Virus record (IMG/VR): IMGVR_UViG_3300032030_000035
Span: 1 to 64,000 of that record
DNA: 64,000 nt
Direction: 5' to 3' (one strand)
Source of the DNA: a virus
Lineage: Duplodnaviria; Caudoviricetes
Positions 1 to 9,813 of the stretch are shown in pieces. How positions within the stretch are numbered: position 1 is the first letter of the stretch; every line of letters starts with the position of its first letter. The notes under the pieces were generated by a model that saw only the letters and a program-made list of their open reading frames with translations, did no database searches and was not told the origin of the DNA. Position numbers and translations under genes: made by a program.

Positions 1-258
1 AATGCTGGTATCTATATAACAGAAGCACAAAATACTACAATAGATATGATGAAACTTATTGTACAACGTATTGGTGAAGATAGTATTTGTGTAATTGAAG
101 GTGATGATAAAGCTCAAGTTGATATGATTACATACGGCGGTAATAACAATGGTCTTAGAAGATTATCAGAAGTCTTCAGAGGTCAAAATTATTACGGTGA
201 AGTTACTTTACAAAAATGTCATCGATCTGCTATTGCAGAGCACGCTGATTTAATGTAG
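1..258 (+). CDS. phoH: PhoH-family ATPase, C-terminal part (5' end outside window)
   Basis: Frame is open from base 1: NAGIYITEAQNTTIDMMKLIVQRIGEDSICVIEGDDKAQVD...HRSAIAE. This matches PhoH motifs (xEAQN, RIGE, GDxxQxD, RS). Confidence 0.8.
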   Translation, partial: NAGIYITEAQNTTIDMMKLIVQRIGEDSICVIEGDDKAQVDMITYGGNNNGLRRLSEVFRGQNYYGEVTLQKCHRSAIAEHADLM

Positions 259-272
259 ATAGGAGATATAAA

Positions 273-596
273 ATGGCAACTTATAATAGAAAGAGAAAAA
301 ACTATGTTACTAATGATAAAGTGATAATTAACCCTAGAAAATTTATTTATAAAGGTATAAATTTCGCCCCTGTTTTTGATCCGCAGTTCTATGCTTATAA
401 ATATCCGGAAATTGCGAAGTTATACGAAAATGATGATCTTTTGTTTAATCACTTTATTAATGTAGGTATTGCGGAAGGATACGTAGGCACCTCCGCATTC
501 GATATAAACGCTTATAAGGAAGTATATAAGTATAAAAATAAAAAAGAGTTAGATAACGATATTGATTACTATATTGCTTATCTCACTTCTAAGTAA
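273..596 (+). CDS. Hypothetical protein with a Lachnospiraceae-type cell-surface repeat
   Basis: AGGAG RBS. FDPQFYAYKYPEIA...HFINVGIAEG...FDINAY resembles a repeat I recall from Lachnospiraceae secreted hydrolases. Confidence 0.5.
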   Translation: MATYNRKRKNYVTNDKVIINPRKFIYKGINFAPVFDPQFYAYKYPEIAKLYENDDLLFNHFINVGIAEGYVGTSAFDINAYKEVYKYKNKKELDNDIDYYIAYLTSK

Positions 597-601
597 ACTC
601 T

Positions 602-636
602 ATGGGAGAATCATTATGATTCTCCCATTTTTTTTT
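602..636 (+). terminator. Rho-independent terminator
   Basis: ATGGGAGAATCA-tta-TGATTCTCCCAT, a 12-bp stem followed by a T run. Confidence 0.85.
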
Positions 637-644
637 GTTTTTAA

Positions 645-673
645 TTGATTTTTTATAAAAAATATTATATAAT
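645..673 (+). promoter_or_regulatory. Sigma-A type promoter
   Basis: TTGATT-N17-TATAAT. Confidence 0.75.
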
Positions 674-712
674 ATAAATATAGGAATAAAATATGAAAGG
701 TGTTTTTAATAA

Positions 713-1207
713 ATGGTTAAATATATATATACAGATGGTGCTTGTAGTACCAATGGAGATTGGAGTGGCGGCTATGGTGTAGTTGTTACTAATGAAGATT
801 CATCAATAATCTATCACACTGCCGCAGAATATACTGACAAAACAACCAACAATAGAGAGGAACTTAAGGCTATGATATACGCTCTTGATATCATTAACGA
901 TGATGACGAGTATATTATAGCGAGTGACTCCGCCTATGTAGTAAATACTTGCTGCAACTGGATTTGGCGGTGGTCTAAAAATGGGTGGATGAATAGTAAA
1001 AAGGTCACGGTAGAGAATATTGATTTAATCAAAATTCTATATAATTATCTTACCACAAAATTTTCTAAATGTCAAATCGTGAAAGTTTCTGGACATAATA
1101 ATGTCGTTGGAAATGAAATTGCTGATAGTTTAGCTACTAATAATATGAAGAAATTTAATGATATCGTTGAAAAAAATGGTATTAAAATAATACAAAAGGA
1201 GAATTAA
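713..1207 (+). CDS. rnhA: Ribonuclease HI
   Basis: Motifs YTDGACS, TNNREEL, SDSAYV, KVSGH, GNEIADSLA. Confidence 0.93.
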   Translation: MVKYIYTDGACSTNGDWSGGYGVVVTNEDSSIIYHTAAEYTDKTTNNREELKAMIYALDIINDDDEYIIASDSAYVVNTCCNWIWRWSKNGWMNSKKVTVENIDLIKILYNYLTTKFSKCQIVKVSGHNNVVGNEIADSLATNNMKKFNDIVEKNGIKIIQKEN

Positions 1208-1208
1208 A

Positions 1209-2042
1209 ATGGAGAAAGTAAAGGAACTTATTTTAAAAGAGATACCCACAGTAGAAGAAATAACATTTTCAAAAATTGCTAAAAATAACGGGGTAATATA
1301 TCCCGCGTGTACAATTAAAGATAGTGTTAATAACACTTTTATCTCTAAAATTGTCTATTATGATGAAAATAAATCAGATGAAGAAATTGCGGCAAGCATT
1401 ATAAAGATATATCTTAACGATAAGGAACCAAATATTGACATGGATTATATTAACAAGATTTTTAGTGATAAAGATTTATTCCTGTCAAAAGTAAAACCAA
1501 TGTTAGTTGACTCAAGAAGAAATTCTGAACTATTTAAAATTATTCATCATATACATGAATATAATTTAGATTTGGATGTTATTTATTATATTGACCTTGG
1601 TTATGGTACAATTAAAGTTACCAAATCTCATCTTGATAAATTCTATAATTTATCATATAGAGATCTTCATAAAAATGCTATTAAAAATATTGAATATACA
1701 ATACAGCCATTATCTGATGTATTAAGCGGAATTCCTTTGCCCGGTAGTTCGATACCAATATATGTAGTATCAAATAAGGACCGTCTTTATGGTGCAAGTT
1801 CAATGCTTAGTTTCTCTTGTATGAATAAAGTAAAAAAGATGCTTAATACAGATTCATTATTTATTCTTCCAAGCAGTATTCATGAAGTTTTGTGCATTCC
1901 CGCAGAGGGTCATACCGATGTAGAAGATATTCAGAATTTCAAGCAGATGATTGAAAGTATTAACAGAGAAGTTCTTTCAGAAGATGAGTTTCTTTCTAAT
2001 TATCTTTATTATTACAAAAATTATAGTTTAAGAAAAATTTGA
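1209..2042 (+). CDS. DUF5688-like hypothetical protein
   Basis: C-terminal YVVSN..YGAS..FILPSSIHEV..LS..YYY signature. Confidence 0.6.
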   Translation: MEKVKELILKEIPTVEEITFSKIAKNNGVIYPACTIKDSVNNTFISKIVYYDENKSDEEIAASIIKIYLNDKEPNIDMDYINKIFSDKDLFLSKVKPMLVDSRRNSELFKIIHHIHEYNLDLDVIYYIDLGYGTIKVTKSHLDKFYNLSYRDLHKNAIKNIEYTIQPLSDVLSGIPLPGSSIPIYVVSNKDRLYGASSMLSFSCMNKVKKMLNTDSLFILPSSIHEVLCIPAEGHTDVEDIQNFKQMIESINREVLSEDEFLSNYLYYYKNYSLRKI

Positions 2043-2067
2043 CAAAATAAAAAATTTTTTGTATAAT
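2039..2067 (+). promoter_or_regulatory. Sigma-A type promoter overlapping the upstream stop codon
   Basis: TTGACA-N17-TATATA. Confidence 0.55.
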
Positions 2068-2116
2068 AGAATTATTGTAATAAATGATTTATTTTTAAGT
2101 TAAAGAAGGAGAAGAT

Positions 2117-4009
2117 ATGGGAAAATTATATGACGATAATAGTATTGAATCGCTTTCCCCGAGGGACTTTACCAGACTTAGACCTGGAGTTTATGCCGGT
2201 AGTACCGAATATAGTACCCAATTACTAATTGAAATTGTCTCTAACGCTATTGATGAATATGCTGCTGGTCACGGTAATGTCATTAATGTTGATTATCAGG
2301 ATGATGGAAGTTGTAGAGTTGAAGATTTTGCTCAAGGTTTTCCTGTAAACGTAAAGAGAGATGATGGAGAAACTGTTCTTCAGGCTTCTTTTGATGTCCT
2401 TAATACTTCGGGTAAATTCTCTGATGATGGTGTATATGAAGGTACTGCATTAGGATTAAATGGTATCGGTAGTAAATTAACTAACTTTTTATCAAAGAGG
2501 TTAGTGGTAAATACTTATAGAGATGGACAGACTGAAAGAATTTGTTTTGAAGATGGTATTTTCCACAGAAGAGATTTAGGTAAACAGGGAGATGCTCACA
2601 CTGGTACTATCGTAGAATGGACACCTGACCCTCAGTTTTTTACACATCCTGGAATAGATGTCGATAGAATTAAAAAACTTTTTAATGTCTTAACCTGTTT
2701 ATGTAGAGGATTAACAATTAATCTTACTCATAATAGAAAAGATTTAATTTCATACTCTTCAAAAAATGGTCTAAATGACTTGGTTGATGATATCGTTAAG
2801 GATAACGAGATTATTAACAATAGACTTAATATAGATTATGAAGAGGGCAAAAATAAAATAGATTTTGTATTAACATATACTTCAAACTATTCTATGAATA
2901 TGATAAGTTATGTTAACACAGGAGAGACTGATAGCGGTCCGCACATTACACAGATAAAAACTATAATAACAAGAGAATTTAACAAATTCTTTAAAGATAA
3001 AGGATGGTTAAAAGAAAAGGATAGTAACCTTGAAGGTGGAGATATTCAAGAGGGTATGGTTATAGCATTTAACATAACCGCACCTGGAATTAGCTATGAT
3101 GCTCAGACTAAGAGTAGAATAGTTAAAATTGATATGACTCCTTTTACTTCTGTTATTGCGGAAAGCATACAGACTTGGCTTGCTGCAAACGAGAAAGATA
3201 TAAAGGCAATATTTGATAAATCTATTAACGCACGTAAGGCAAGAGAGGCAGCTAAGAAAGCAAGGGACGCCGCAAGAAATATTAAGCCAAAAGAAAAAGG
3301 CTTAAAGGCTAAGATGGCGTTAAGCAATAAATTTATCGACTGCGTAAATAAAGACCCTAAGAATAGAAATTTGCTATTGGTAGAGGGATTATCTGCAGGT
3401 AGTTCGGCTATTGAGGCTAGAAATGAGAAAACTGACTGTATTTATATGTTAAGAGGTAAAATTGTTTCTCCTCTTAAGACTACTGTTGATAAGATTCTCG
3501 CAAACCAGGAAATGTCTGATATTGTAAAAGTAATCGGCGGCGGTTTTGGTCAGGATTTTAATGTTAATAAAATGAATTTTGATAAAATCGTAATTACTAC
3601 AGATGCGGATTCCGATGGTGCCGATATCGAATTACTTTTAATAACTTTTTTCTTTACATATATGAGACCTCTTGTCGAAGCTGGTAAACTTTATAGGGCG
3701 GTTACACCGTTGTATATTGTTAGAACAGGTAAAGAAGAATTATACTTCTATACAGAAGAAGAAATGAGTGCATTTAAAGCAAATCATTCAGATGGTAGTT
3801 ATGATATTCTGAGAGCAAAAGGATTAGGAGAACTTAATGCGGTAGATTTGCATAAGGTATGCTTTGAAAACCAGAGATTTAAGAAAATCACTATTTCAGA
3901 TGCAAAAGAAACTCAGAAATTATTAGAGGTACTGCAGGGACAGGCGGTAGGTCCTCGTAAACAGTTTATCTATGACAATGCAGAACAGTTAGGTTTTAAC
4001 TTCGATTAA
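2117..4009 (+). CDS. gyrB: Type IIA topoisomerase B subunit (GyrB-like)
   Basis: RLRPGVYAG, EIVSNAIDE, GLNGIG (GHKL ATPase); TOPRIM motifs EGLSA, LRGK, DADSDG, KGLGE. Confidence 0.93.
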   Translation: MGKLYDDNSIESLSPRDFTRLRPGVYAGSTEYSTQLLIEIVSNAIDEYAAGHGNVINVDYQDDGSCRVEDFAQGFPVNVKRDDGETVLQASFDVLNTSGKFSDDGVYEGTALGLNGIGSKLTNFLSKRLVVNTYRDGQTERICFEDGIFHRRDLGKQGDAHTGTIVEWTPDPQFFTHPGIDVDRIKKLFNVLTCLCRGLTINLTHNRKDLISYSSKNGLNDLVDDIVKDNEIINNRLNIDYEEGKNKIDFVLTYTSNYSMNMISYVNTGETDSGPHITQIKTIITREFNKFFKDKGWLKEKDSNLEGGDIQEGMVIAFNITAPGISYDAQTKSRIVKIDMTPFTSVIAESIQTWLAANEKDIKAIFDKSINARKAREAAKKARDAARNIKPKEKGLKAKMALSNKFIDCVNKDPKNRNLLLVEGLSAGSSAIEARNEKTDCIYMLRGKIVSPLKTTVDKILANQEMSDIVKVIGGGFGQDFNVNKMNFDKIVITTDADSDGADIELLLITFFFTYMRPLVEAGKLYRAVTPLYIVRTGKEELYFYTEEEMSAFKANHSDGSYDILRAKGLGELNAVDLHKVCFENQRFKKITISDAKETQKLLEVLQGQAVGPRKQFIYDNAEQLGFNFD

Positions 4010-4016
4010 ACAATAA

Positions 4017-4050
4017 GTGAAGTCATCTTAACTGATGACTTCACATTTAT
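4017..4050 (+). terminator. Probable terminator between gyrB and gyrA
   Basis: GTGAAGTCATC-ttaact-GATGACTTCAC followed by a T-rich tail. Confidence 0.65.
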
Positions 4051-4079
4051 TTGATTTTATTCAAAATTTTTATTATAAT
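4051..4079 (+). promoter_or_regulatory. Sigma-A type promoter
   Basis: TTGATT-N17-TATAAT. Confidence 0.75.
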
Positions 4080-4111
4080 ATTATTAGATTGAAAAAAGAA
4101 AGGAAAAATTA

Positions 4112-6493
4112 ATGGATAACTTTATAACTGAAGTAGATATAATTGATGAGAGTAGAGAATCCTTTCTAACTTATAGTGCTGAAGTCTTAACTGACAGAGC
4201 GATACCAGCCGCAGAGGATGGACTGTTGTCTGCACAGAGAAAGATAATCTGGACAATGGAAGATTTTCTTAAAATGGACAACAAGAGTAAGACTAAAAAG
4301 TGTAATGCTATTGTTGGTAGCACACTTTCAACAAGTTATTTTCACGGCGATATAAGTTGTTATGGTGTACTTTGCAAAATGTCCCAGGAATATTTAATGA
4401 GATATCCCCTCATTACAGGTCAGGGTTCTCTTGGTACGCAGGAAAATAATGACATGGTTGCAAGTTCGAGATATACAGAAGCAAAGCCTTCAAAGTTTGC
4501 GGACTTGATGATGAATGATTTTAAGAAGAAAGTTGTTCCGTTAAAGGAGACTTATAATGGCGAGTATATGGAGCCGGTAGTTTTACCTTCATTGTTTCCA
4601 AATGCAATATGTAATGGTAGACAGGCTATTGGTATCTCTATGAGCCATAACTCTTTACCTCATAATTTAACTGAGGTATGTAATGGAATTATTGCTTATA
4701 TTAAAAATAATAATCTTACTATTGATGAATTAATGGAATATATCAAAGGTCCAGACTTCCCTCTGGAAAATATAATCATTAATGGTAAGGATATTAAGTC
4801 TGCTTTTATGACAGGTCATTCCGCAGTTTCTCTTAAAGTTAGAGGAAAGTATGAAATTAATAAGCAGACAATTACTTTCACAACCATTCCTTATAGAACT
4901 TATAGAAATAAGATTAAGGAACAAATTGAAAAGAATATAGATGTTTTTGATAATTTACTTGCAGATTTTAATGATGAATCAAGTTTGGGTAAAAATAAAC
5001 TTGTGTTTACTGTTAAACCTGGAGTTGAGCCTGAAAAGGTAGTTACTGAACTTTTTGCATTAACAGATTTGCAGTCATCAGTATCTTACAATATGAACTA
5101 TATTGTCAATGGTACACCGAAAATGTGTTCTATGCTTGACTTGATTAAAGCATATGTTAATCATCAGATTAATGTATTGATAGCCGCAACAGAGTATGAT
5201 AAAGATAAGGCAGAAAAAAGAGCGCATATTTTGGAAGGTCTCCTTATCGTTCTTGAAGATATTGACAAGGCAATTAAGTTAATTAGAGAATCGCTTGATT
5301 CGGCAGAAGCAAAAGTAAAGTTAATTGATGCTTTTAATCTGACAGAGGTACAGGCTAAAGCAGTTCTTGACATGAAGTTAAGTAGATTAACTAAACTCGA
5401 TAGAGATGATATCTTAAAAGAACTTAAAGATAAAAAGGCTATTATTGAAGAATGTAATAAAATTATCAATGATGAACAGTATCGTGATACTAAACTCATT
5501 GAGAAAATTGAAAAATTAAAGGAAGTCTATGGTGATGAGAGAAGGACAACTATTCTTGATATGGAACTTCCGAAAACTTCTTCAAAGAAAAGTGTACCGC
5601 CGGTAAAGAAAGACCCCGTAGATGTAGTAGTAGTTACTACTCATAGTGGTCTAATTAAGAAGATTCCGGTATCATCTTTCAGAACTCAGTCAAGAGGAGG
5701 CGTAGGAGTTAAGACACTTGATAGCGCAATTATGTCTGCAATAAAGACTAACACCGAAGATATAGTAATGTTCTTCACAAATGGCGGCAAGGTGTGCAAA
5801 CTGATTGCAGATAAGATTCCGGATGGCACAAATGCGGCAAAGGGTACTCCAGTTAGCTCTCTTATCAATCTTGATAAAGGAGATAATGTAATAGCAGTCA
5901 CATCTTTACATAATAAGTCAATACCTAAATATATCATTTTCGTAACAAAAGATGGAATGATAAAGAAATCTCTCTTATCAGATTATATGACAGGTAGCAG
6001 AGGTGGTAATCTAATTGCTATTAAGCTTAAAGAAAATGATGCTGTTAAGCAGGTAATCTTCCAGGACGAAGAAGATATTATCATTGCAACAAAGAATGGT
6101 ATGGGTCTTAGAGTTGCAACTAATGATATTACACCTGTTGGTAGAGTTGCTATGGGTATTAAAGGTATTAAGTTAGGAGAAGGTGATGAGGTAATTTCAG
6201 CATTACCTATCCATAAAGAAACTGATGATCTTGGTATCTTCTATGTAAATGGATGTGGTTATAAAAGAAAAATATCCGATATAACAGTTAGGACTAGAAA
6301 TACAAAAGGTATGACGATAGGTTCTTCTGATATAGCTGGAATTGCAATGATATCAGATGAAGATAATTTGATTATCTCTGGTGATACAAATACTATATGT
6401 ATTTCGGCAAAAGACGTACCTATATACACATCGGCGGCAGCAGGTGTTATACTAATAAAGAATAATAAAATTAAGTCTATAACAAAGATATAA
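4112..6493 (+). CDS. gyrA: DNA gyrase subunit A
   Basis: RAIP..DGL, HGD, catalytic SRYTE, GPDFP, GyrA-box QSRGGVG and C-terminal beta-pinwheel repeats. Confidence 0.92.
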   Translation: MDNFITEVDIIDESRESFLTYSAEVLTDRAIPAAEDGLLSAQRKIIWTMEDFLKMDNKSKTKKCNAIVGSTLSTSYFHGDISCYGVLCKMSQEYLMRYPLITGQGSLGTQENNDMVASSRYTEAKPSKFADLMMNDFKKKVVPLKETYNGEYMEPVVLPSLFPNAICNGRQAIGISMSHNSLPHNLTEVCNGIIAYIKNNNLTIDELMEYIKGPDFPLENIIINGKDIKSAFMTGHSAVSLKVRGKYEINKQTITFTTIPYRTYRNKIKEQIEKNIDVFDNLLADFNDESSLGKNKLVFTVKPGVEPEKVVTELFALTDLQSSVSYNMNYIVNGTPKMCSMLDLIKAYVNHQINVLIAATEYDKDKAEKRAHILEGLLIVLEDIDKAIKLIRESLDSAEAKVKLIDAFNLTEVQAKAVLDMKLSRLTKLDRDDILKELKDKKAIIEECNKIINDEQYRDTKLIEKIEKLKEVYGDERRTTILDMELPKTSSKKSVPPVKKDPVDVVVVTTHSGLIKKIPVSSFRTQSRGGVGVKTLDSAIMSAIKTNTEDIVMFFTNGGKVCKLIADKIPDGTNAAKGTPVSSLINLDKGDNVIAVTSLHNKSIPKYIIFVTKDGMIKKSLLSDYMTGSRGGNLIAIKLKENDAVKQVIFQDEEDIIIATKNGMGLRVATNDITPVGRVAMGIKGIKLGEGDEVISALPIHKETDDLGIFYVNGCGYKRKISDITVRTRNTKGMTIGSSDIAGIAMISDEDNLIISGDTNTICISAKDVPIYTSAAAGVILIKNNKIKSITKI

Positions 6494-6498
6494 TGTGT

Positions 6499-6534
6499 AG
6501 ATGGCGGGGATACCTCTTCCCGCCATCTTTTTTT
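6499..6534 (+). terminator. Rho-independent terminator
   Basis: AGATGGCGGG...CCCGCCATCT followed by a T run. Confidence 0.8.
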
Positions 6535-6561
6535 GACTTTTTTTAAAATTTATGATATAAT
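6533..6561 (+). promoter_or_regulatory. Sigma-A type promoter, extended -10
   Basis: TTGACT-N17-TATAAT with TG at -15/-14. Confidence 0.8.
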
Positions 6562-6593
6562 TATATTATACAATTTGTAAAAAAGGAGATATT

Positions 6594-7256
6594 ATGAAAA
6601 ATACAACATCATATTATTACATTTTTATTGCACTATTGTTTGGATTTTGTTTAGGTGTTTTTGCTAATTATGATATGACAAATCAGGCTCAACAGAAATT
6701 GTTAGATGCTCAAAAAGAACAGGTGAAAGAAGTAATTTATCTTGAAATACCTTGCTTTATTCAAGAAGATAGCGAAGAAGAGGCTCTTCAGAAAGAAGAA
6801 GAACTTTTTATGGCTTATTTTGATTTAAAGACAGAAGAAAATAGAGAATATTGGTGGCAGGGATATCAAATAATGGAGGAAACTCTTACAGTTAAGCCTT
6901 TACAGATAGAAGATGTTTTTTCTGAGGAAGATTTGGAATATTTCTATCGGTGTGTTGAAACAGAGACTTATGGTGCAGACTTTAATTCTAAAGTAAATGT
7001 AGCCAATGTAATTTTAAATAGACTATATGATGAAAAATTTGGAAATACTTTAAAAGATGTTATTACAGCACCTAATCAGTTTGCTTATAGTAGAACTACA
7101 ATTAGTCTTTCAACAATCCAAGCTTGTGCTTATGCTTTTGAGATAGAAGATACTACTGATGGAGCTTTATTCTTCCATTCTGGTGCTTACACCGAAACCT
7201 TTAATGGAGCGTCTTATATCTTTACAGATTCAGTAGGACATCATTTTTATAAATAG
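6594..7256 (+). CDS. SleB/Hydrolase_2-family cell wall hydrolase with N-terminal membrane anchor
   Basis: Hydrophobic N-terminus; VETET, VANVILNR, VITAPNQF, TDGALFF, VGHHF. Confidence 0.8.
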   Translation: MKNTTSYYYIFIALLFGFCLGVFANYDMTNQAQQKLLDAQKEQVKEVIYLEIPCFIQEDSEEEALQKEEELFMAYFDLKTEENREYWWQGYQIMEETLTVKPLQIEDVFSEEDLEYFYRCVETETYGADFNSKVNVANVILNRLYDEKFGNTLKDVITAPNQFAYSRTTISLSTIQACAYAFEIEDTTDGALFFHSGAYTETFNGASYIFTDSVGHHFYK

Positions 7257-7263
7257 AAATTAT

Positions 7264-7292
7264 TTGATTTTTATAAAAAATTATTATATAAT
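7264..7292 (+). promoter_or_regulatory. Sigma-A type promoter
   Basis: TTGATT-N17-TATAAT. Confidence 0.75.
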
Positions 7293-7322
7293 ATTTATAT
7301 ATAATAAAAAAGGAAATAAATT

Positions 7323-9290
7323 ATGCAGAAAATAAAAGAACTTATAGCAGAGTTAAATAATGCAAGTATGCTTTATTACAATGGTGAAGAATCACCGCTA
7401 ACTGATAGAGAATACGATTTAAAATTAGACGAATTAAAGAGTCTTGAGAAAGAAGCTGGTTTTGTTTATAGTAATTCGCCTACTGTTAATGTTGGAGCAG
7501 CTCCAATTTTAAAAGGTATTGACACAATAGAAATTGTAGACAAACCAATGCTTAGTCTTGATAAAGTGCATACCGCAGATGAAATAGTTAAATTTTCTGA
7601 TGGTTATGATTTAATCGCCTCTATTAAGTGTGATGGACTTTCAGTTCGTATAATTTATGAGGATGGTAAGCTCGTTTCCGCCAATACAAGAGGAAATGGT
7701 ACAGTTGGTTCTGATATCACTAATCATATTAAGCATTTCTTAAATGTGCCTAATAATATAAATAAAGAAGGTATTTATATTATAGACGGAGAAGCTATAA
7801 TTTATGATGATGATTTTAAAAAGATAAATATTAACAATGAGTTTAAAAACAATAGAAATACAGCAAGTGGTTCATTAGCGTTATTAGATATGTCTATTGT
7901 GGAGTCAAGACGCCTTAGTTTTATCGCTTGGGATGTTATTAAGGGCGGCAAGGCAGACTTTTATCATTATAACCTTGAAGAGGCGGCAGACCTTGGTTTT
8001 ACAGTGGTCCCCGCACTTGCTCTTGATTGTACTAAAATTGAAGAGATAGAGGTTAATGAAATAAATAAAATTCTTCTTCAGGAGGCTGAAGAAAAAGGCA
8101 TACCATGTGATGGAGTAGTATGGAAAATTAATGATATCAAAGCGGGAGAAGAAAAGGGTAGAACGGCACATCATTGGTGTAATGCTATTGCGTGGAAGCC
8201 GGAAAAAGAAGAATATTCTACTACTCTTGTTGATATTGATTATGATATATCTCGTAATGGTATTTTAACACCTGTAGCAATATTTACACCAGTTGAGATA
8301 GATGGTTCTACGGTTAGTCGTGCAAGTCTTCATAACTTATCAGTTATGGAAAATGTATTAGGAAACTCTCCTAAAAAGGGACAGGTAGTATATGTTTACA
8401 AGAGTAACATGATTATACCTCAGATATCTCATTCAGATGATATGAAATCTGGTGAAGATATTGAAAATGCTATTCCTAAGATATGTCCGGTATGCGGCAA
8501 GGAGCTTGAAATATCTATATCAGATAGTGGTGTTAAGGTATTAAAATGTGTTAATGAATTATGTACTTGTAGAGTTATAAATAAAATTGACCATTTTATA
8601 TCTAAAAAAGCACTTGATATAAAAGGACTGTCAAGAGCAACTCTTGAAAAGTTTGAATCTGCTGGTTTTATATCTACATTGGAAGATATTTTCACTCTTA
8701 AAGATAAGGAGAAAGATTTGATTAATCTACGTGGTTTTGGAGTGAAATCTATAGGAAAACTTCTTGACGCTATTGAAATGGGCAAGAGCACAACCTTAGA
8801 TAGAGTGTTATGCGGCATAGGCATTCCGCTAATCGGAGCAACCGCCGCAACCACAATCTCAAAGAAATTTAATGGTGATTATAATAAATTTAGAGAATTT
8901 GTAAAAGATTCCAACTCTACCTTTGAAACTATTGAAGGTTTTGGCTATGAAATGAATTATAGTTTAAAACATTTTAACTATGATGAATTGGATACTATTG
9001 TTAATAAATATCTTAATTTGGATATAGCAGACAATAAAAATAATGAAGATAATGGTGATAGTGTTAAAGGTATTACTTTTGTAATTACCGGTAAATTATC
9101 GCAGTCTCGGGATAAGATAAAATCACTCATTGAAAAAAATGGCGGCAAGGTAACTGGCTCAGTATCGTCTAAAACGAATTATTTAGTATGTAACACGCCT
9201 GAAGATACTACAAAATATAAAACCGCTATGAATCTTAACATTCCAATTATAAATGAAGAAAAATTATTTGAAATGTTAAAAAATTTTTGA
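7323..9290 (+). CDS. ligA: NAD-dependent DNA ligase
   Basis: PMLSLDK, KCDG adenylation motif, TRGNG, DGVV, RASLHN, Cys4 zinc finger, HhH repeats, C-terminal BRCT (FVITGKL). Confidence 0.95.
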   Translation: MQKIKELIAELNNASMLYYNGEESPLTDREYDLKLDELKSLEKEAGFVYSNSPTVNVGAAPILKGIDTIEIVDKPMLSLDKVHTADEIVKFSDGYDLIASIKCDGLSVRIIYEDGKLVSANTRGNGTVGSDITNHIKHFLNVPNNINKEGIYIIDGEAIIYDDDFKKININNEFKNNRNTASGSLALLDMSIVESRRLSFIAWDVIKGGKADFYHYNLEEAADLGFTVVPALALDCTKIEEIEVNEINKILLQEAEEKGIPCDGVVWKINDIKAGEEKGRTAHHWCNAIAWKPEKEEYSTTLVDIDYDISRNGILTPVAIFTPVEIDGSTVSRASLHNLSVMENVLGNSPKKGQVVYVYKSNMIIPQISHSDDMKSGEDIENAIPKICPVCGKELEISISDSGVKVLKCVNELCTCRVINKIDHFISKKALDIKGLSRATLEKFESAGFISTLEDIFTLKDKEKDLINLRGFGVKSIGKLLDAIEMGKSTTLDRVLCGIGIPLIGATAATTISKKFNGDYNKFREFVKDSNSTFETIEGFGYEMNYSLKHFNYDELDTIVNKYLNLDIADNKNNEDNGDSVKGITFVITGKLSQSRDKIKSLIEKNGGKVTGSVSSKTNYLVCNTPEDTTKYKTAMNLNIPIINEEKLFEMLKNF

Positions 9291-9296
9291 TATAAT
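9268..9296 (+). promoter_or_regulatory. Sigma-A type promoter overlapping the ligase 3' end
   Basis: TTGAAA-N17-TATAAT; the ligase TGA stop supplies the extended -10 TG. Confidence 0.7.
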
Positions 9297-9401
9297 AAAT
9301 ATATAAAAGAGAATTATTTAAAATAAAAAAATGACTAATAATTCTTTTAGATATAACTTATATAAAATAAATAATTAAAAAATTCTTAAAGGAGAAAAAA
9401 A

Positions 9402-9731
9402 ATGGCAAAGAAAGCATTAACAGAAAAGTCACTCAAGGTACTTGAGTTCTTAAAGGAGCATGATGGAGAAAACCTTACAGCAGCAGATATCGCTATCGGT
9501 ATGGGTCTTGCAGATAAGGATGACGAGGCTTCAATGAAAGCTGGTACACAGTCTATTAACGGTACAGTTACAGGTGGACTTCAGAAGAAAGGTTACACAC
9601 GTAGAGTTCCCGCAACAGCTACACTTGAAGATGGTACAACTAAGGCAGTTAAGATTATCGAGCTTACTGACGAGGGAAGAGCTTATGATCATCAGGCAGC
9701 AGTTGCTGAAGATGCAGCATCAGCTGAGTAA
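9402..9731 (+). CDS. Winged-helix DNA-binding protein
   Basis: VLEFLK..LTAADIA..GL..LQKKGY..LTDEG pattern; codon usage looks like that of highly expressed genes. Confidence 0.65.
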   Translation: MAKKALTEKSLKVLEFLKEHDGENLTAADIAIGMGLADKDDEASMKAGTQSINGTVTGGLQKKGYTRRVPATATLEDGTTKAVKIIELTDEGRAYDHQAAVAEDAASAE

Positions 9732-9764
9732 TATTAAGTAAGTTTTAGGTTATTCTAAAAGTTT

Positions 9765-9801
9765 AAAGGGCTAGAGTAATAACATCTAGCCCTTTCTTTT
9801 T
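9765..9801 (+). terminator. Rho-independent terminator
   Basis: AAAGGGCTAGA...TCTAGCCCTTT followed by CTTTTT. Confidence 0.75.
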
Positions 9802-9813
9802 AAGAGGACTATA

